Shown here: piece by piece, positions 7,953 to 17,753 of the stretch
Layout of the letters: every line of letters begins with the position of its first letter
How positions within the stretch are numbered: the first letter of the stretch is position 1
From: an uncultured bacterium
GTDB taxonomy: Bacteria > Auribacterota > JACPWU01
Assembly: GCA_964640155.1 (NCBI GenBank)
Contig: CAZXEQ010000001.1
Location: forward strand, 426,403 to 458,402
Length of the DNA stretch: 32,000 nucleotides
Direction: 5' to 3'
Position numbers and translations under genes: made by a program
Notes under the pieces: model-generated
Told to the model about the DNA's origin: nothing
The model's input: the letters and a program-made list of their open reading frames with translations, nothing else
Database searches by the model: none

Positions 7953-8007
7953 AACCTCTGACATCCACGGTGTAAACGTGGCGCTCTACCAACTGAGCTA
8001 ATCGCCC
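7935..8007 (-). tRNA. tRNA-Val (anticodon UAC), CCA not encoded
   Basis: The minus strand reads GGGCGAT TA GCTC AGTTGGTA GAGC G CCACG TTTACAC CGTGG ATGTC AGAGG TTCGAGC CCTCT ATCGCCC A. This is a complete cloverleaf with a 7-bp acceptor stem and canonical D and T arms. Confidence 0.92.
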
Positions 8008-8176
8008 GAAAAATTAGGGTGCAGTGCTAAGTGTTTAGTGCATAGGAGGAAACAAAGATACAACAATTTGTTTGTTAAAACTATGCCCTCTTTGTGAAAC
8101 ACATAAAACACCAAAAATAAGTGAAGAAATTAAACCATAAAATAAAAGGAATTCAAGTTGATTAATATAACTGTAT

Positions 8177-8287
8177 CGTTCAACAGAGTGTGAAGACCAT
8201 TGGAGAGCGAGATCTCCTTTGAGTTCATTTACCTCGCTGGGGTAAATAAACGTGTCTGAACACTCTATTGGACAATTTACATGTACC
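8177..8287. repeat. Structured repeat element, copy E2 (shorter version of 2739-2886)
   Basis: It has the same conserved blocks as E1. The outer stem is 8177-8190 / 8261-8274. The variable hairpin is 16 nt long, against 51 nt in E1. Confidence 0.75.
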
Positions 8288-8358
8288 AAATGTCTCGGAT
8301 TAGTACATTCAATAAATATAAATAGGTAAGATTTGTGCCAGAACCCGTTTAAAAAAAT

Positions 8359-11061
8359 TTATCTGGTCACGCCTTTTCGAAAAGATATTTTCTTATAAAT
8401 TTCAACCCCAACCACAGGAACAGAAGAAACACCTACACACAACATCCAATCAAAAAGTGAAAGTCTTTCTGTTTTGAAAATCACCTCTAAAAAAGGCACA
8501 TAGATAATGCATATCTGAAGACCCAATGCGACAAGACTAGCCAAAACAAGTTTTTGATTACTAAATAATCCTAATTTAAAAATAGAAGTCTTCTCGCTTC
8601 GGCAATTAAAGGAATGAAAAAGTTGAGCAAGTACAAGCACTGAAAAAGCAACCCCACGAGCTCTGGCCAGATCTGCTTTCTCAATATAAAGAACATATAA
8701 AAAGGCTATCAGAACACAAGCCGCAATAAGAAAACCTTGAAACAGCATTCTGATAATAAACGCTCGATTAATAATACCTTCTTCTCGAGATCGTGGAGGC
8801 TCTTCCATAATCCCTTTTTCAATAGGATCCATCCCTAAAGCAATGGCAGGCAAACCGTCTGTTGCAATATTCATCCATAAAATTTGAATTGGGAAAAGAG
8901 GCATAGGCAAGCCAAAAAGAGAAGCCAAAAACATCACCAAAATCTCTCCTGTATTGCATGAAAGAAGATAATAAATCGATTTTTTAATGTTTGTGTAAAT
9001 TCCCCTTCCCTCTTCAACAGCAGCCACAATCGAAGCAAAATTGTCATCCGTAACCACCATATCCGAAGCTTCTTTTGTCACATCTGTCCCCGTAATGCCC
9101 ATGGCAATACCGATATCGGCTTCCTTGACAGCAGGCGCATCATTAACTCCATCACCTGTCATAGCAACCACCTTCCCTCTCTTTCGCCATGCTCGAACCA
9201 CACGTAATTTATGCTCTGCAGAAACTCGAGCATACACACAAACTTGCTCAACTTTATTTTCTAGGGCTGAATCACTCATTTGATCTAATTCAACGCCTGA
9301 TAAAGCCATGAGATCTTCCTCAAACATCCCAAGTTCTCGAGCAATAGCAATGGCTGTATTTTTATGATCTCCTGTAATCATCACTGTTCGAATACCGGCT
9401 TTTTTACATTTTACAATGGCTTCTTTAACCTCAGCGCGTGGAGGATCAATCATAGCCACAAGTCCCAGAAAGGTTAGTCCATTTTCGGCAGTTTCAGAAT
9501 TAAAATGATCTTTGTCTGCTCCTTTTAAGTTTTTTTGAGCAATCGCCAAAATACGCAATGCTTCTTGGGTCCAGGTCTCATTGGTTTCATGAATCTTTTT
9601 TAAATCTTCTTCGTTGATCAGTCTTTCATTTTGCCCATCCCATATATGCGTACATTTTTGAATTAACACATCGGGAGCTCCTTTCGAATAAGATAAAAAT
9701 CTCCCATCTCTTTCATGCAAAGTCGTCATCATTTTTCGATCTGAATCAAAAGGAATTTCTGTAATAGTTGGATAAAGTAAATCTATTTTCTCTTTATCGA
9801 TACCCAGTTTTAAAGCAACTGTTAGCATGGCCCCTTCTGTAGGATCACCGATCACACTCCATTGTTTCTCATTCTGCTTGAGCCTAGCACCATTACATAA
9901 AACAGATGCTTCTAAAATATTTTTTAATCCCAGACTCGGCTCGTTCATTTCCTGAGAGCCTTGAAGAAACTTTCCTTCAGGAGCATAGCCTGTCCCCGTA
10001 ATTTCAAAAAATTGTCCAGGAATATAAACTTTTTTTACGGTCATCTGATTTTGAGTCAGTGTTCCTGTTTTATCGGAACAAATCACCATGGCACAGCCTA
10101 AGGTCTCAACAGAAGGAAGTTTACGAATCAAAGCGTGTCGCTTAACCATACGTTGAACACCCATGGCTAAGGCAATCGTGACAATAGCAGGTAACCCCTC
10201 AGGTACAGCTGCGACTGCAAGGCTTACCGATGTCAAAAACATATCCATTATCTTTTCCCCACGAAAAAGCCCTGTTATAAAAACAATGCCCACCACTCCC
10301 AAACAAAAATAGACAAGCCATTGTCCCAATTTTTCTAATCGTTTTTGAAGGGGCGTCTCATCGACTCCAGTTTCCTGCAACATCTGGGCAATTTTCCCAA
10401 GCTCAGTTCCCATCCCAATCTCTATAACAACACCTCGCCCCTTTCCAGAAACGACCGAAGTTCCCATAAAACACATATTTTTACGATCTCCAATGCTGAC
10501 ATTGGGAGAAAGAATGACATCGACAGATTTTTCCACAGGAACGGATTCACCCGTTAGAGCTGCTTCTTGGGTTTTTAATAAATTGGATTGCGTCAAACGA
10601 ATATCTGCAGGGACATAATCTCCCGCTTCTAGCAAAACAATATCCCCTATCACCAACTCTTTTGAGGGAATCATTTGAATTTGACCTTGTCGGAAAACTT
10701 TACAGGAGGGAGCAGCCATTTGTCTTAATGCAGCAAGAGCCTTCTCAGCACGAAATTCTTGAATGAAACCGATGGCCGCATTTAAAATGACAATCACAAG
10801 AATGGCAATAGCATCAATCCACTCTTTCAGAAAACCTGAGATGAAGGCCGCTACGATCAAAATCCACACAACAACATTGTTAAACTGCTCAAGAAATTTC
10901 TTTAAATATGAGTCTTTTCTCTTTTCAATCAATTCGTTATAACCACTCTGGAATCTTTTTGCCGGAACTTGCTCTAAAGAAAGTCCTTGTTGAAGATCTG
11001 TGTGGAGTTGGGAAGGAAGTTCTTCTAGAGATAAAGACCACCAGGAATGATTTTTAATCAT
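8359..11061 (-). CDS. P-type ATPase, P2A (SERCA/LMCA1/YloB-like) Ca2+-type cation pump
   Basis: 900-aa ORF with the motifs TGES, the PEGLPA TM4 motif, DKTGTLT, KGAPD, MITGDH and [21 protein letters not shown]. Confidence 0.9.
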   Translation of the reverse strand: MIKNHSWWSLSLEELPSQLHTDLQQGLSLEQVPAKRFQSGYNELIEKRKDSYLKKFLEQFNNVVVWILIVAAFISGFLKEWIDAIAILVIVILNAAIGFIQEFRAEKALAALRQMAAPSCKVFRQGQIQMIPSKELVIGDIVLLEAGDYVPADIRLTQSNLLKTQEAALTGESVPVEKSVDVILSPNVSIGDRKNMCFMGTSVVSGKGRGVVIEIGMGTELGKIAQMLQETGVDETPLQKRLEKLGQWLVYFCLGVVGIVFITGLFRGEKIMDMFLTSVSLAVAAVPEGLPAIVTIALAMGVQRMVKRHALIRKLPSVETLGCAMVICSDKTGTLTQNQMTVKKVYIPGQFFEITGTGYAPEGKFLQGSQEMNEPSLGLKNILEASVLCNGARLKQNEKQWSVIGDPTEGAMLTVALKLGIDKEKIDLLYPTITEIPFDSDRKMMTTLHERDGRFLSYSKGAPDVLIQKCTHIWDGQNERLINEEDLKKIHETNETWTQEALRILAIAQKNLKGADKDHFNSETAENGLTFLGLVAMIDPPRAEVKEAIVKCKKAGIRTVMITGDHKNTAIAIARELGMFEEDLMALSGVELDQMSDSALENKVEQVCVYARVSAEHKLRVVRAWRKRGKVVAMTGDGVNDAPAVKEADIGIAMGITGTDVTKEASDMVVTDDNFASIVAAVEEGRGIYTNIKKSIYYLLSCNTGEILVMFLASLFGLPMPLFPIQILWMNIATDGLPAIALGMDPIEKGIMEEPPRSREEGIINRAFIIRMLFQGFLIAACVLIAFLYVLYIEKADLARARGVAFSVLVLAQLFHSFNCRSEKTSIFKLGLFSNQKLVLASLVALGLQICIIYVPFLEVIFKTERLSLFDWMLCVGVSSVPVVGVEIYKKISFRKGVTR

Positions 11062-11090
11062 ATGAGTTTGATTTGATGATTAGAGATACT

Positions 11091-12029
11091 TTATAGCTGA
11101 TGTATTTCTACGGAACAATGTGCTCTCTGAGCAACGACAGATGCAACACTTCCTAGAAAGAGTCGGTTTAGGGCACCTAATCCTCGGGATCCCATAAAAA
11201 TGCAGTCCGCATCCAACTTCTTTGATTCATCCAGCAGCACATGCTTAGGATCACCCTCTTTAATGAGGGATAAGGCAATGAGTCCCTTCTTTTGAAGAAG
11301 ATCCGCCGATGCGTCAAGCATTCTCTTGATCCATGCTCTGGAATCCTGATCGTCTGCTCTAAACCATTTCTTGCCATGTGACTCTGTATGAAAAATCTCT
11401 GTTGATAATTTCGCATCCACTGCCGTGATCAAATAGACTCGCGTTCCTTCATGCCATTGACGTGCACATACAACTTGAACAGCTTTCTGTGCCTCCACAG
11501 AACCATCCATAGCAATAACAATATTAAGGGGAGAATGAATCTCATTTTTGCGTCCTCGAGAAATACGCACAGGACCCTGAACATGATGCAAAACTCTTTG
11601 CGACACGCTTCCCATCATGAGTTGTTGCAAACCCGAATAACCATGCGAGCCAAGGACAATCAAATCAGGCTTCCAATGATCAGCCTTTTTAATAATTCCC
11701 CAAGCCGGAGAATCGGCAAGTGCTTCACAATAAACTTTCCAGTCTGGAAATTCAGAAATAAGCATTTTCTTTGCTTTCTCTGCAAACTCACGTGCTTTCT
11801 CCACCATTTTCAAAGCTTCATCGCGATGCTTGTTTGAACCTGTGTAAACCCACTTCGGAAGACTAGGATCTACAGGACCTTCAGGAGGCAATAATACATC
11901 TGCGATCGTGACCACTTCAGCCTGTGTCTGGTTTGAAAGGCCCGCTCGTTTAAGGTCATACAATGCTTGATCGGAACACTCAGATCCATCATAAGCTATG
12001 AGTAATTTCATCATTTTCTTTTCAGACAT
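11091..12029 (-). CDS. Tandem universal stress protein (UspA) domain protein
   Basis: 312-aa ORF with two USP halves. Each ends in a G-x2-G-x9-GS-type motif (VLGSHGYSGLQQLMMGSVSQRV and FMGSRGLGALNRLFLGSVASVV). Confidence 0.8.
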   Translation of the reverse strand: MSEKKMMKLLIAYDGSECSDQALYDLKRAGLSNQTQAEVVTIADVLLPPEGPVDPSLPKWVYTGSNKHRDEALKMVEKAREFAEKAKKMLISEFPDWKVYCEALADSPAWGIIKKADHWKPDLIVLGSHGYSGLQQLMMGSVSQRVLHHVQGPVRISRGRKNEIHSPLNIVIAMDGSVEAQKAVQVVCARQWHEGTRVYLITAVDAKLSTEIFHTESHGKKWFRADDQDSRAWIKRMLDASADLLQKKGLIALSLIKEGDPKHVLLDESKKLDADCIFMGSRGLGALNRLFLGSVASVVAQRAHCSVEIHQL

Positions 12030-12045
12030 CGATATGCCCTCCGCT

Positions 12046-12975
12046 CTAACTGTCTAAATTAATTTTTTTCTTAAAAAGAAGAGATGCAATAATTGAAACG
12101 GCTAACACGCCCGCAATCACTCCCAAAGAAATTCCTGTGGAGATATGGAACACACGCGAAATCATCAACTTAATACCTACAAACATCAAAATCACACAGA
12201 GTCCCATCTTTAAAAATTTAAAAAGATCCATTACGCCAGCCAAAAGGAAGAAAAGAGATCTTAAGCCTAAAATTGCAAAAATATTAGAACTATAGACAAT
12301 CAAAAGATCCTGGCTAATGGCAATCACAGCTGGAACAGAGTCCAAAGCAAAAATCAAGTCACTTGCTTCAACCAAGATCAGCACAACAAAAAGTGGCGTA
12401 GCCACCCATCGTCCTGCTTCTTTCACAAAAAACTTTTCGCCTTGCATTTCGTGGCCCACAGGGAAAAAGAATCTAAAAAAGCGAAGGACCACATTCTTTT
12501 CTGGATTAAACTCCTCTTCCTTATGAAAAAAGAGTTTTAAAGCCGCAAATATAAGCATGGCTCCAAAAACATAAATCATCCAATGAAAAAGATTAAAAAG
12601 AGCCACACCGGTCACGACAAAAAAAGCTCTCATAATCACAGCACCTAATATGCCCCACTTTAAAATACGTGGCTGGTGCAATTTACTGATATGGAAATGG
12701 GCAAAAAGCATGACAAAAACAAAAATATTGTCTACGGATAGGGAATACTCAACGATATATGCCGTCAAAAACTCTAAAGCCTTGTGAGAGCCTTTTAGAA
12801 AAAAAACGACGGTGTTAAAAATAAGCGCTAGAGAAACCCAAATAAGTACCCATCGTCCTGCCTCTCTAAGAGATATTTCATGAACTTTCTTATTGGCAAT
12901 AAAAAGATCGTATCCCAAAGCGCCTGTCACCATCACAGCAAAAAGGATCCATAAAAAAATATCAATACCCAACAT
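12046..12975 (-). CDS. TerC family integral membrane protein
   Basis: 309-aa hydrophobic ORF. TerC hallmarks are present (EYSLSVDNIFVF and EASDLIFALDSVPAV). Confidence 0.85.
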   Translation of the reverse strand: MLGIDIFLWILFAVMVTGALGYDLFIANKKVHEISLREAGRWVLIWVSLALIFNTVVFFLKGSHKALEFLTAYIVEYSLSVDNIFVFVMLFAHFHISKLHQPRILKWGILGAVIMRAFFVVTGVALFNLFHWMIYVFGAMLIFAALKLFFHKEEEFNPEKNVVLRFFRFFFPVGHEMQGEKFFVKEAGRWVATPLFVVLILVEASDLIFALDSVPAVIAISQDLLIVYSSNIFAILGLRSLFFLLAGVMDLFKFLKMGLCVILMFVGIKLMISRVFHISTGISLGVIAGVLAVSIIASLLFKKKINLDS

Positions 12976-13013
12976 ATTTATTCCTCTAAATAATCACATC
13001 TATCTTTTAATTT

Positions 13014-13682
13014 TTATTTCTGATATTTTTCCAACGTTTGGATTAAAACATTCGCTGAATTAGGAGTGTTCACTTTTCCGGTTAGAATTTCATAAGAACG
13101 AACGGCTTGTCCATAATACGCTTCATTGGCTTTTTTACGCTCAGCAACGACTGTTCCCTCAAGCGAGATGCCCGCAAAAGCACCTTTACTGCGACTATAG
13201 GTATAAACAGCAGCAAGGGGAGTGACCGCTCCTTCAGCAGTTCTACCTACAGGACCTGCGGCTACACTCAAAGCCCCTCCTAAAGTTACATTTCCGCCTC
13301 TTGAAAAAGCATCTACAGCATCTGCTGTATTCAAAACGACAACAAAATCTGTGATTTGAGCACCAATTTGAAAACCAATACCTCCACCCCCTGTACCAAT
13401 GGCAGAAGGAGCAGACCAACCTTGTTCTGTCTTTGCAACCACAACCCCCGTGCCTCCACGACCACTCAAAATAAATCCAGCTTTCCCAACTGTCAAAATA
13501 GCAAGACCTTTACAATTCTTTAAAACATCAGCCGGGATAGATTGTTCTGGGATCTCATTAAACTCATCAATAATTTTTGCCGCACGATCAATATCTTTAG
13601 CTAAATCTGCAGAAACTCCTGAAACACCTCCCATGACAACCATCAGAAAAAAAGATAAAAGAAATAACTTTTTCATGAACAC
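13014..13682 (-). CDS. Secreted SYLF (Ysc84/DUF500) lipid-binding domain protein
   Basis: 222-aa ORF with a signal peptide. It contains Gly-rich SYLF-type repeats (GRGGTGVVVAKTEQGWSAPSAIGTGGGGIGFQIGAQ). Confidence 0.7.
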   Translation of the reverse strand: MFMKKLFLLSFFLMVVMGGVSGVSADLAKDIDRAAKIIDEFNEIPEQSIPADVLKNCKGLAILTVGKAGFILSGRGGTGVVVAKTEQGWSAPSAIGTGGGGIGFQIGAQITDFVVVLNTADAVDAFSRGGNVTLGGALSVAAGPVGRTAEGAVTPLAAVYTYSRSKGAFAGISLEGTVVAERKKANEAYYGQAVRSYEILTGKVNTPNSANVLIQTLEKYQK

Positions 13683-13817
13683 TCTCCTTTCATCAATCGT
13701 AGTTTTGTGAGAATGATACTCTATAAAAGTTAATTATAATTTTTTTCAAAGCAAACAGCCAGCGCAATCGGATAAATTTCTATTGCAGAAGATGAAAACT
13801 TCAGCTACGTTAGCCTT

Positions 13818-14612
13818 ATGAAATACAAAACCTGTTACTTAATAACCATTTTGGGTTCTGTTTTATTCCTGAATAGCTGTGGAAATAAAAAAGAAGAAAA
13901 TAAGACACAGAGCTCTTCTGAGATAAAAACAGAAAGTAAAGCCTTGGCCACTTTTGATCCTGCTCAAACAGGAACACTATACGGAAAAGTTTTATTCAAA
14001 GGAACTCCTCCTGTACTCGACCACTTACCTATTGAAGGTAATCCTGAATGCAAAGCCTTTCATTCAAATCGCGTGCCATCTGAAGAAGTCTTAGTCAAAG
14101 ATGGGCTCTTACAAAATGTTTTTATCTATATTAAGGAAGGACTTGAAAATTACTCTTTTGAATCCCCTAAAGAACCTGTCAAAATTGACCAGTCTAAATG
14201 TATTTATATCCCGCATGTTACAGGGGCGCAAATCAATCAGCCTATTCTCTTGGTCAACAGTGATCCTACACTCCATAATGTTCATTCTTATGCAAAAAAT
14301 AACGACACTTGGAATTTGGGTATGCCTTTCGAAGGAATGGAAATCACAAAGACTTTTTCAAAGCCAGAAGTCATGATATCTTTAAAATGTGATGTTCATC
14401 CCTGGATGACAGGATATCTAGGAGTACTACCTCATCCATATTTTGTAGTGACAGGAGCTGATGGCTCGTTTGAGATTAAAAATATTCCACCTGGAGAATA
14501 CCTCATTGAAGCCTGGCATGAAAAACTAGGGACACAAAGCCAAAAGATCAAAGTAAATCCTCAAGAAGCAAAAGAGCTCGAATTTTCATTCGAGCTCTCT
14601 CAAGAAAAATAA
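13818..14612 (+). CDS. Lipoprotein with a cupredoxin-like / carboxypeptidase-regulatory-like C-terminal region
   Basis: 264-aa ORF with an LNSCG lipobox. The segment KCDVHPWMTGYLGVLPHPYFVVTGADGSFEIKNIPPGEYLIEAWHEKLG resembles proteins often annotated as methylamine-utilisation or cupredoxin-like. Confidence 0.45.
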   Translation: MKYKTCYLITILGSVLFLNSCGNKKEENKTQSSSEIKTESKALATFDPAQTGTLYGKVLFKGTPPVLDHLPIEGNPECKAFHSNRVPSEEVLVKDGLLQNVFIYIKEGLENYSFESPKEPVKIDQSKCIYIPHVTGAQINQPILLVNSDPTLHNVHSYAKNNDTWNLGMPFEGMEITKTFSKPEVMISLKCDVHPWMTGYLGVLPHPYFVVTGADGSFEIKNIPPGEYLIEAWHEKLGTQSQKIKVNPQEAKELEFSFELSQEK

Positions 14613-14631
14613 TTCTTCTTAAAAATACTTT

Positions 14632-15261
14632 TTAGAAATCTGCCCCTACCTTGGGTGAGATCTTAATAAGATGCCAGGCAATCGCAGCGCCCACAACAAG
14701 CACAATCACAACCGCCAATAGACTAAAAGATGGGAAGTGACTTGCAGCTCCCATTCCAAAGAGCATAGGAATAGAAAGATAGGTATTTGTTCGAGAAGCC
14801 AAATATGCTTTCTTCACAATTCCTGCCATTTCTGGTGGAGCCTGCCCTTCTTTGACCCAACGAATGATTTTCTTCTGAGCTGGCCAAATGATAAACCACA
14901 CATTAAACCACATAATAGTTCCTAATCCCCCTCCAAATGTAATCCATTTCCCTGGTACTGATGTAAAAAGTCCTCCCGTACCCATAAAACCTACATGAGT
15001 CGCAATAAAATATTTCCAGACGATATAAAGCACTCCAGAAATAAATGTAAACATAGCTCCCCATCGAAACCAAAACAAGGCCCGTGGAGCTAATTGAGGA
15101 ATAACTTTTTTCTTTGTTTCAGCATCCAGCGTCTTGGCAAAAGGAACATTTACAAAATTAAAAAAATAGAGATGCCCAATCCAAATAATGCCCGCAATAT
15201 AATGAATCCATCTTAAAAGAAACATAATATGTGTATGTGCGTCACCCATAATTTTCTCCAT
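14632..15261 (-). CDS. Integral membrane protein resembling the N-terminal membrane domain of urate hydroxylase PuuD
   Basis: 209-aa ORF with 5-6 TM segments. LLRWIHYIAGIIWIGHLYFFNF resembles the PuuD-type opening helix. There is no cytochrome c domain. Confidence 0.4.
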   Translation of the reverse strand: MEKIMGDAHTHIMFLLRWIHYIAGIIWIGHLYFFNFVNVPFAKTLDAETKKKVIPQLAPRALFWFRWGAMFTFISGVLYIVWKYFIATHVGFMGTGGLFTSVPGKWITFGGGLGTIMWFNVWFIIWPAQKKIIRWVKEGQAPPEMAGIVKKAYLASRTNTYLSIPMLFGMGAASHFPSFSLLAVVIVLVVGAAIAWHLIKISPKVGADF

Positions 15262-15380
15262 TAGGTTTTAAGAATCAATTCCTTCGATAAAAAATTTTCT
15301 CAGAAAATGATCGAAAAGCAAGGATTAAAAAACTGCAGTTCGTATATTTTTTGTAACTTGAGATTTGGTTATTGGCTTTA

Positions 15381-15409
15381 TTGACCCTTCCTTCCCCATT
15401 GCATAAAGT
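15381..15409 (+). promoter_or_regulatory. Candidate sigma70-type promoter for the aconitase gene
   Basis: TTGACC (15381-15386), a 17-nt spacer, then TAAAGT (15404-15409), about 50 nt upstream of the aconitase start. An AAGGAG Shine-Dalgarno precedes the ATG. Confidence 0.3.
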
Positions 15410-15461
15410 CAAAACTTCATGATATTCTTGCCGCACTTGATCAAATGTAAGGAGATAAACA

Positions 15462-17726
15462 ATGGAATCGCAAGATGGTCTTTCAAATTTCTATAAAAAT
15501 TTAGGAGTAAAAGTTTCAGCTACTCGAAAAAAATTTGGCAGGCCTTTGACCCTGACAGAAAAAATTTTAGCTGCACACACAACAGACTTACCGACGCAAG
15601 AATTCAAACGATGGGAAAGTTATCTTTCTTTAAGACCTGATCGCGTGGCCATGCAAGATGCCACAGCACAAATGGCTATCCTTCAATTTATGATGGCTGA
15701 AAAGAAAAGTGTAGCCTGCCCTTCTACCGTTCATTGTGATCATTTGATTCAAGCACGCATCGGTGCTGATCAAGACATGCAACAAGCCCTTAAAGTTAAT
15801 CAAGAGGTTTATGATTTTTTGAGAAGTGCTTCTCAAAAGTATGGCATTGGATTCTGGGAACCTGGTGCTGGCATCATTCATCAAGTCGTTTTCGAAAATT
15901 ATGCTTTTCCAGGTGGGCTCATGATTGGAACAGATTCTCATACACCGAATGCTGGAGGTTTGGGAATGATTGCCATCGGAGTCGGTGGAGCAGATGCAGC
16001 AGATGTCATGGCAGGACTGCCATGGGAAGTAAAATGTCCAAAGCTTGTAGGAGTTCATCTCAAAGGCAAACTCAATGGTTGGACATCTTCTAAAGACGTC
16101 ATTCTCAAACTTTGTGGCATTTTGACCACAGCGGGTGGAACGGATAAGATTATTGAGTACTTTGGACCTGGAACCTCTTCTATCAGTGCCACAGGTAAAG
16201 GAACTATTACCAATATGGGAGCAGAATTAGGGGCAACTACTTCTGTATTTCCCTTTGATGAAAGAATTGCCTCCTATCTTAAAGCGACGAACCGATCAAA
16301 AGTTGCTGAATATGCCGAAGCCAATCTCGAACATTTAAAAGCAGATCCAGAAGTGGAAAAAGATCCTCACAAATTTTTTGATCAAGTGATAGAAATTGAT
16401 TTATCAACTCTTGAGCCACATGTGGTGGGGCCTCATTCTCCTGATGTGGCTAGACCCATTTCTGAAATGGCAAAAGATGTTAGAACAAAAGCCTATCCTG
16501 AGAAATTATCTGCAGCCCTCATTGGAAGTTGTACCAATTCTTCTTACGAAGACATTGGCCGAGCTGCTGCTGTCGCAGAGCAAGCTAAAAAAGAAGGGAT
16601 TAAAGCTAAAGTGTATTTTTTAATTACGCCAGGATCTGATCAAATTCGTAATACAATTGAACGAGATGGCCAATTGGCTGCACTTACAGATATTGGCGGA
16701 ACCGTTCTTGCCAATGCATGTGGACCTTGTATCGGCCAATGGAAAAGAGATGATATTAAACCTGGTGTTCCAAATTCTATTGTCACTTCTTTTAATCGGA
16801 ACTTTCAAGGCAGAAATGATAGTAATCCACAAACTCTAGCCTTTATTGGCAGTCCAGAAATTGTGACCGCCTTTGCATTGGCTGGCAGTTTGAAATTTAA
16901 CCCTCTGATAGATACCATCACAACAACGGATGGACGAAAAATTAAATTATCTCCTCCTTCTGCCCCAGAGCTTCCAGCAAAAGGATTTCTAGCAGGAACT
17001 TCTGGATACATTGCAGCAATGTCTATGCAAGAAAGAGAAAAAATACATGTTTTAATTCCAGCATCGAGTGAACGCTTGCAACGCTTAAGTCCATTTCCTA
17101 AATGGGATGGAAAAGATTTTGAAAAACTTCCTATCCTTTTAAAAGCCAAAGGCAAATGCACCACAGATCACATTTCCCCGGCCGGAAGCTGGCTTAAATA
17201 TAGAGGACATTTGGATAAAATCAGCGACAACATGTTTTTAGGAGCGATTAACAGCTTCACGGGACAAGCTGGACAAGGGAAAGATATTTTGGATGGTCAG
17301 ACCAAAAATTTTTCCGCCATTGCACGTCATTACAGAGAAAAAGGTTTGGGTTGGATTGCAATTGGAGATGAAAACTATGGAGAAGGAAGCAGCCGAGAAC
17401 ATGCAGCCATGTCACCTCGTTATTTAGGATGTAAGGTTGTCATCGCCAAAAGTTTTGCTCGACTCCATGAAACCAATCTTAAGAAACAAGGCATTTTGCC
17501 ATTTCGATTTTCAAAAACCCAAGACTATGACAAAATTTTGGAAGGAACAAAGCTAAGCATTGCCGATCTTTCTAAACTTTCTCCTAAAAAGAATGTTATT
17601 GCTGTTTTACATCAGGCAGATGGGAAAGAAGAAAAAATTGAATTAGTACATTCTCTCACTTCAGAACAAGTTGAATGGTTTAAAGCAGGTTCTGCTTTGA
17701 ATTTTATGAAACTGCAAAGCCATTGA
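15462..17726 (+). CDS. Aconitate hydratase, short (~750 aa) mitochondrial-type
   Basis: 754-aa ORF. Fe-S cluster and active-site motifs are present: IGTDSHTPNAGGLG, GSCTNSSYED, NACGPCIGQW and GEGSSREHAA. Confidence 0.9.
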   Translation: MESQDGLSNFYKNLGVKVSATRKKFGRPLTLTEKILAAHTTDLPTQEFKRWESYLSLRPDRVAMQDATAQMAILQFMMAEKKSVACPSTVHCDHLIQARIGADQDMQQALKVNQEVYDFLRSASQKYGIGFWEPGAGIIHQVVFENYAFPGGLMIGTDSHTPNAGGLGMIAIGVGGADAADVMAGLPWEVKCPKLVGVHLKGKLNGWTSSKDVILKLCGILTTAGGTDKIIEYFGPGTSSISATGKGTITNMGAELGATTSVFPFDERIASYLKATNRSKVAEYAEANLEHLKADPEVEKDPHKFFDQVIEIDLSTLEPHVVGPHSPDVARPISEMAKDVRTKAYPEKLSAALIGSCTNSSYEDIGRAAAVAEQAKKEGIKAKVYFLITPGSDQIRNTIERDGQLAALTDIGGTVLANACGPCIGQWKRDDIKPGVPNSIVTSFNRNFQGRNDSNPQTLAFIGSPEIVTAFALAGSLKFNPLIDTITTTDGRKIKLSPPSAPELPAKGFLAGTSGYIAAMSMQEREKIHVLIPASSERLQRLSPFPKWDGKDFEKLPILLKAKGKCTTDHISPAGSWLKYRGHLDKISDNMFLGAINSFTGQAGQGKDILDGQTKNFSAIARHYREKGLGWIAIGDENYGEGSSREHAAMSPRYLGCKVVIAKSFARLHETNLKKQGILPFRFSKTQDYDKILEGTKLSIADLSKLSPKKNVIAVLHQADGKEEKIELVHSLTSEQVEWFKAGSALNFMKLQSH

Positions 17727-17753
17727 TGTAGTTTTTGGAAAAAACAAGCATAG

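Noticed and set aside
8035-8289. Tracked 84-aa ORF spanning element E2 and the spacer before tRNA-Val
   Set aside because: The frame-inconsistency argument above applies here too. The ORF also runs to within 27 nt of the tRNA gene and has no convincing ribosome-binding site. The hydrophobic tail has no start codon of its own.
6928-8360. An integrated prophage or genomic island at tRNA-Val
   Set aside because: Duplicated tRNA 3' ends suggest past integration. However, no integrase, excisionase, transposase or phage gene occurs in the window, and the flanking genes are ordinary transport genes. At most it is a decayed remnant.
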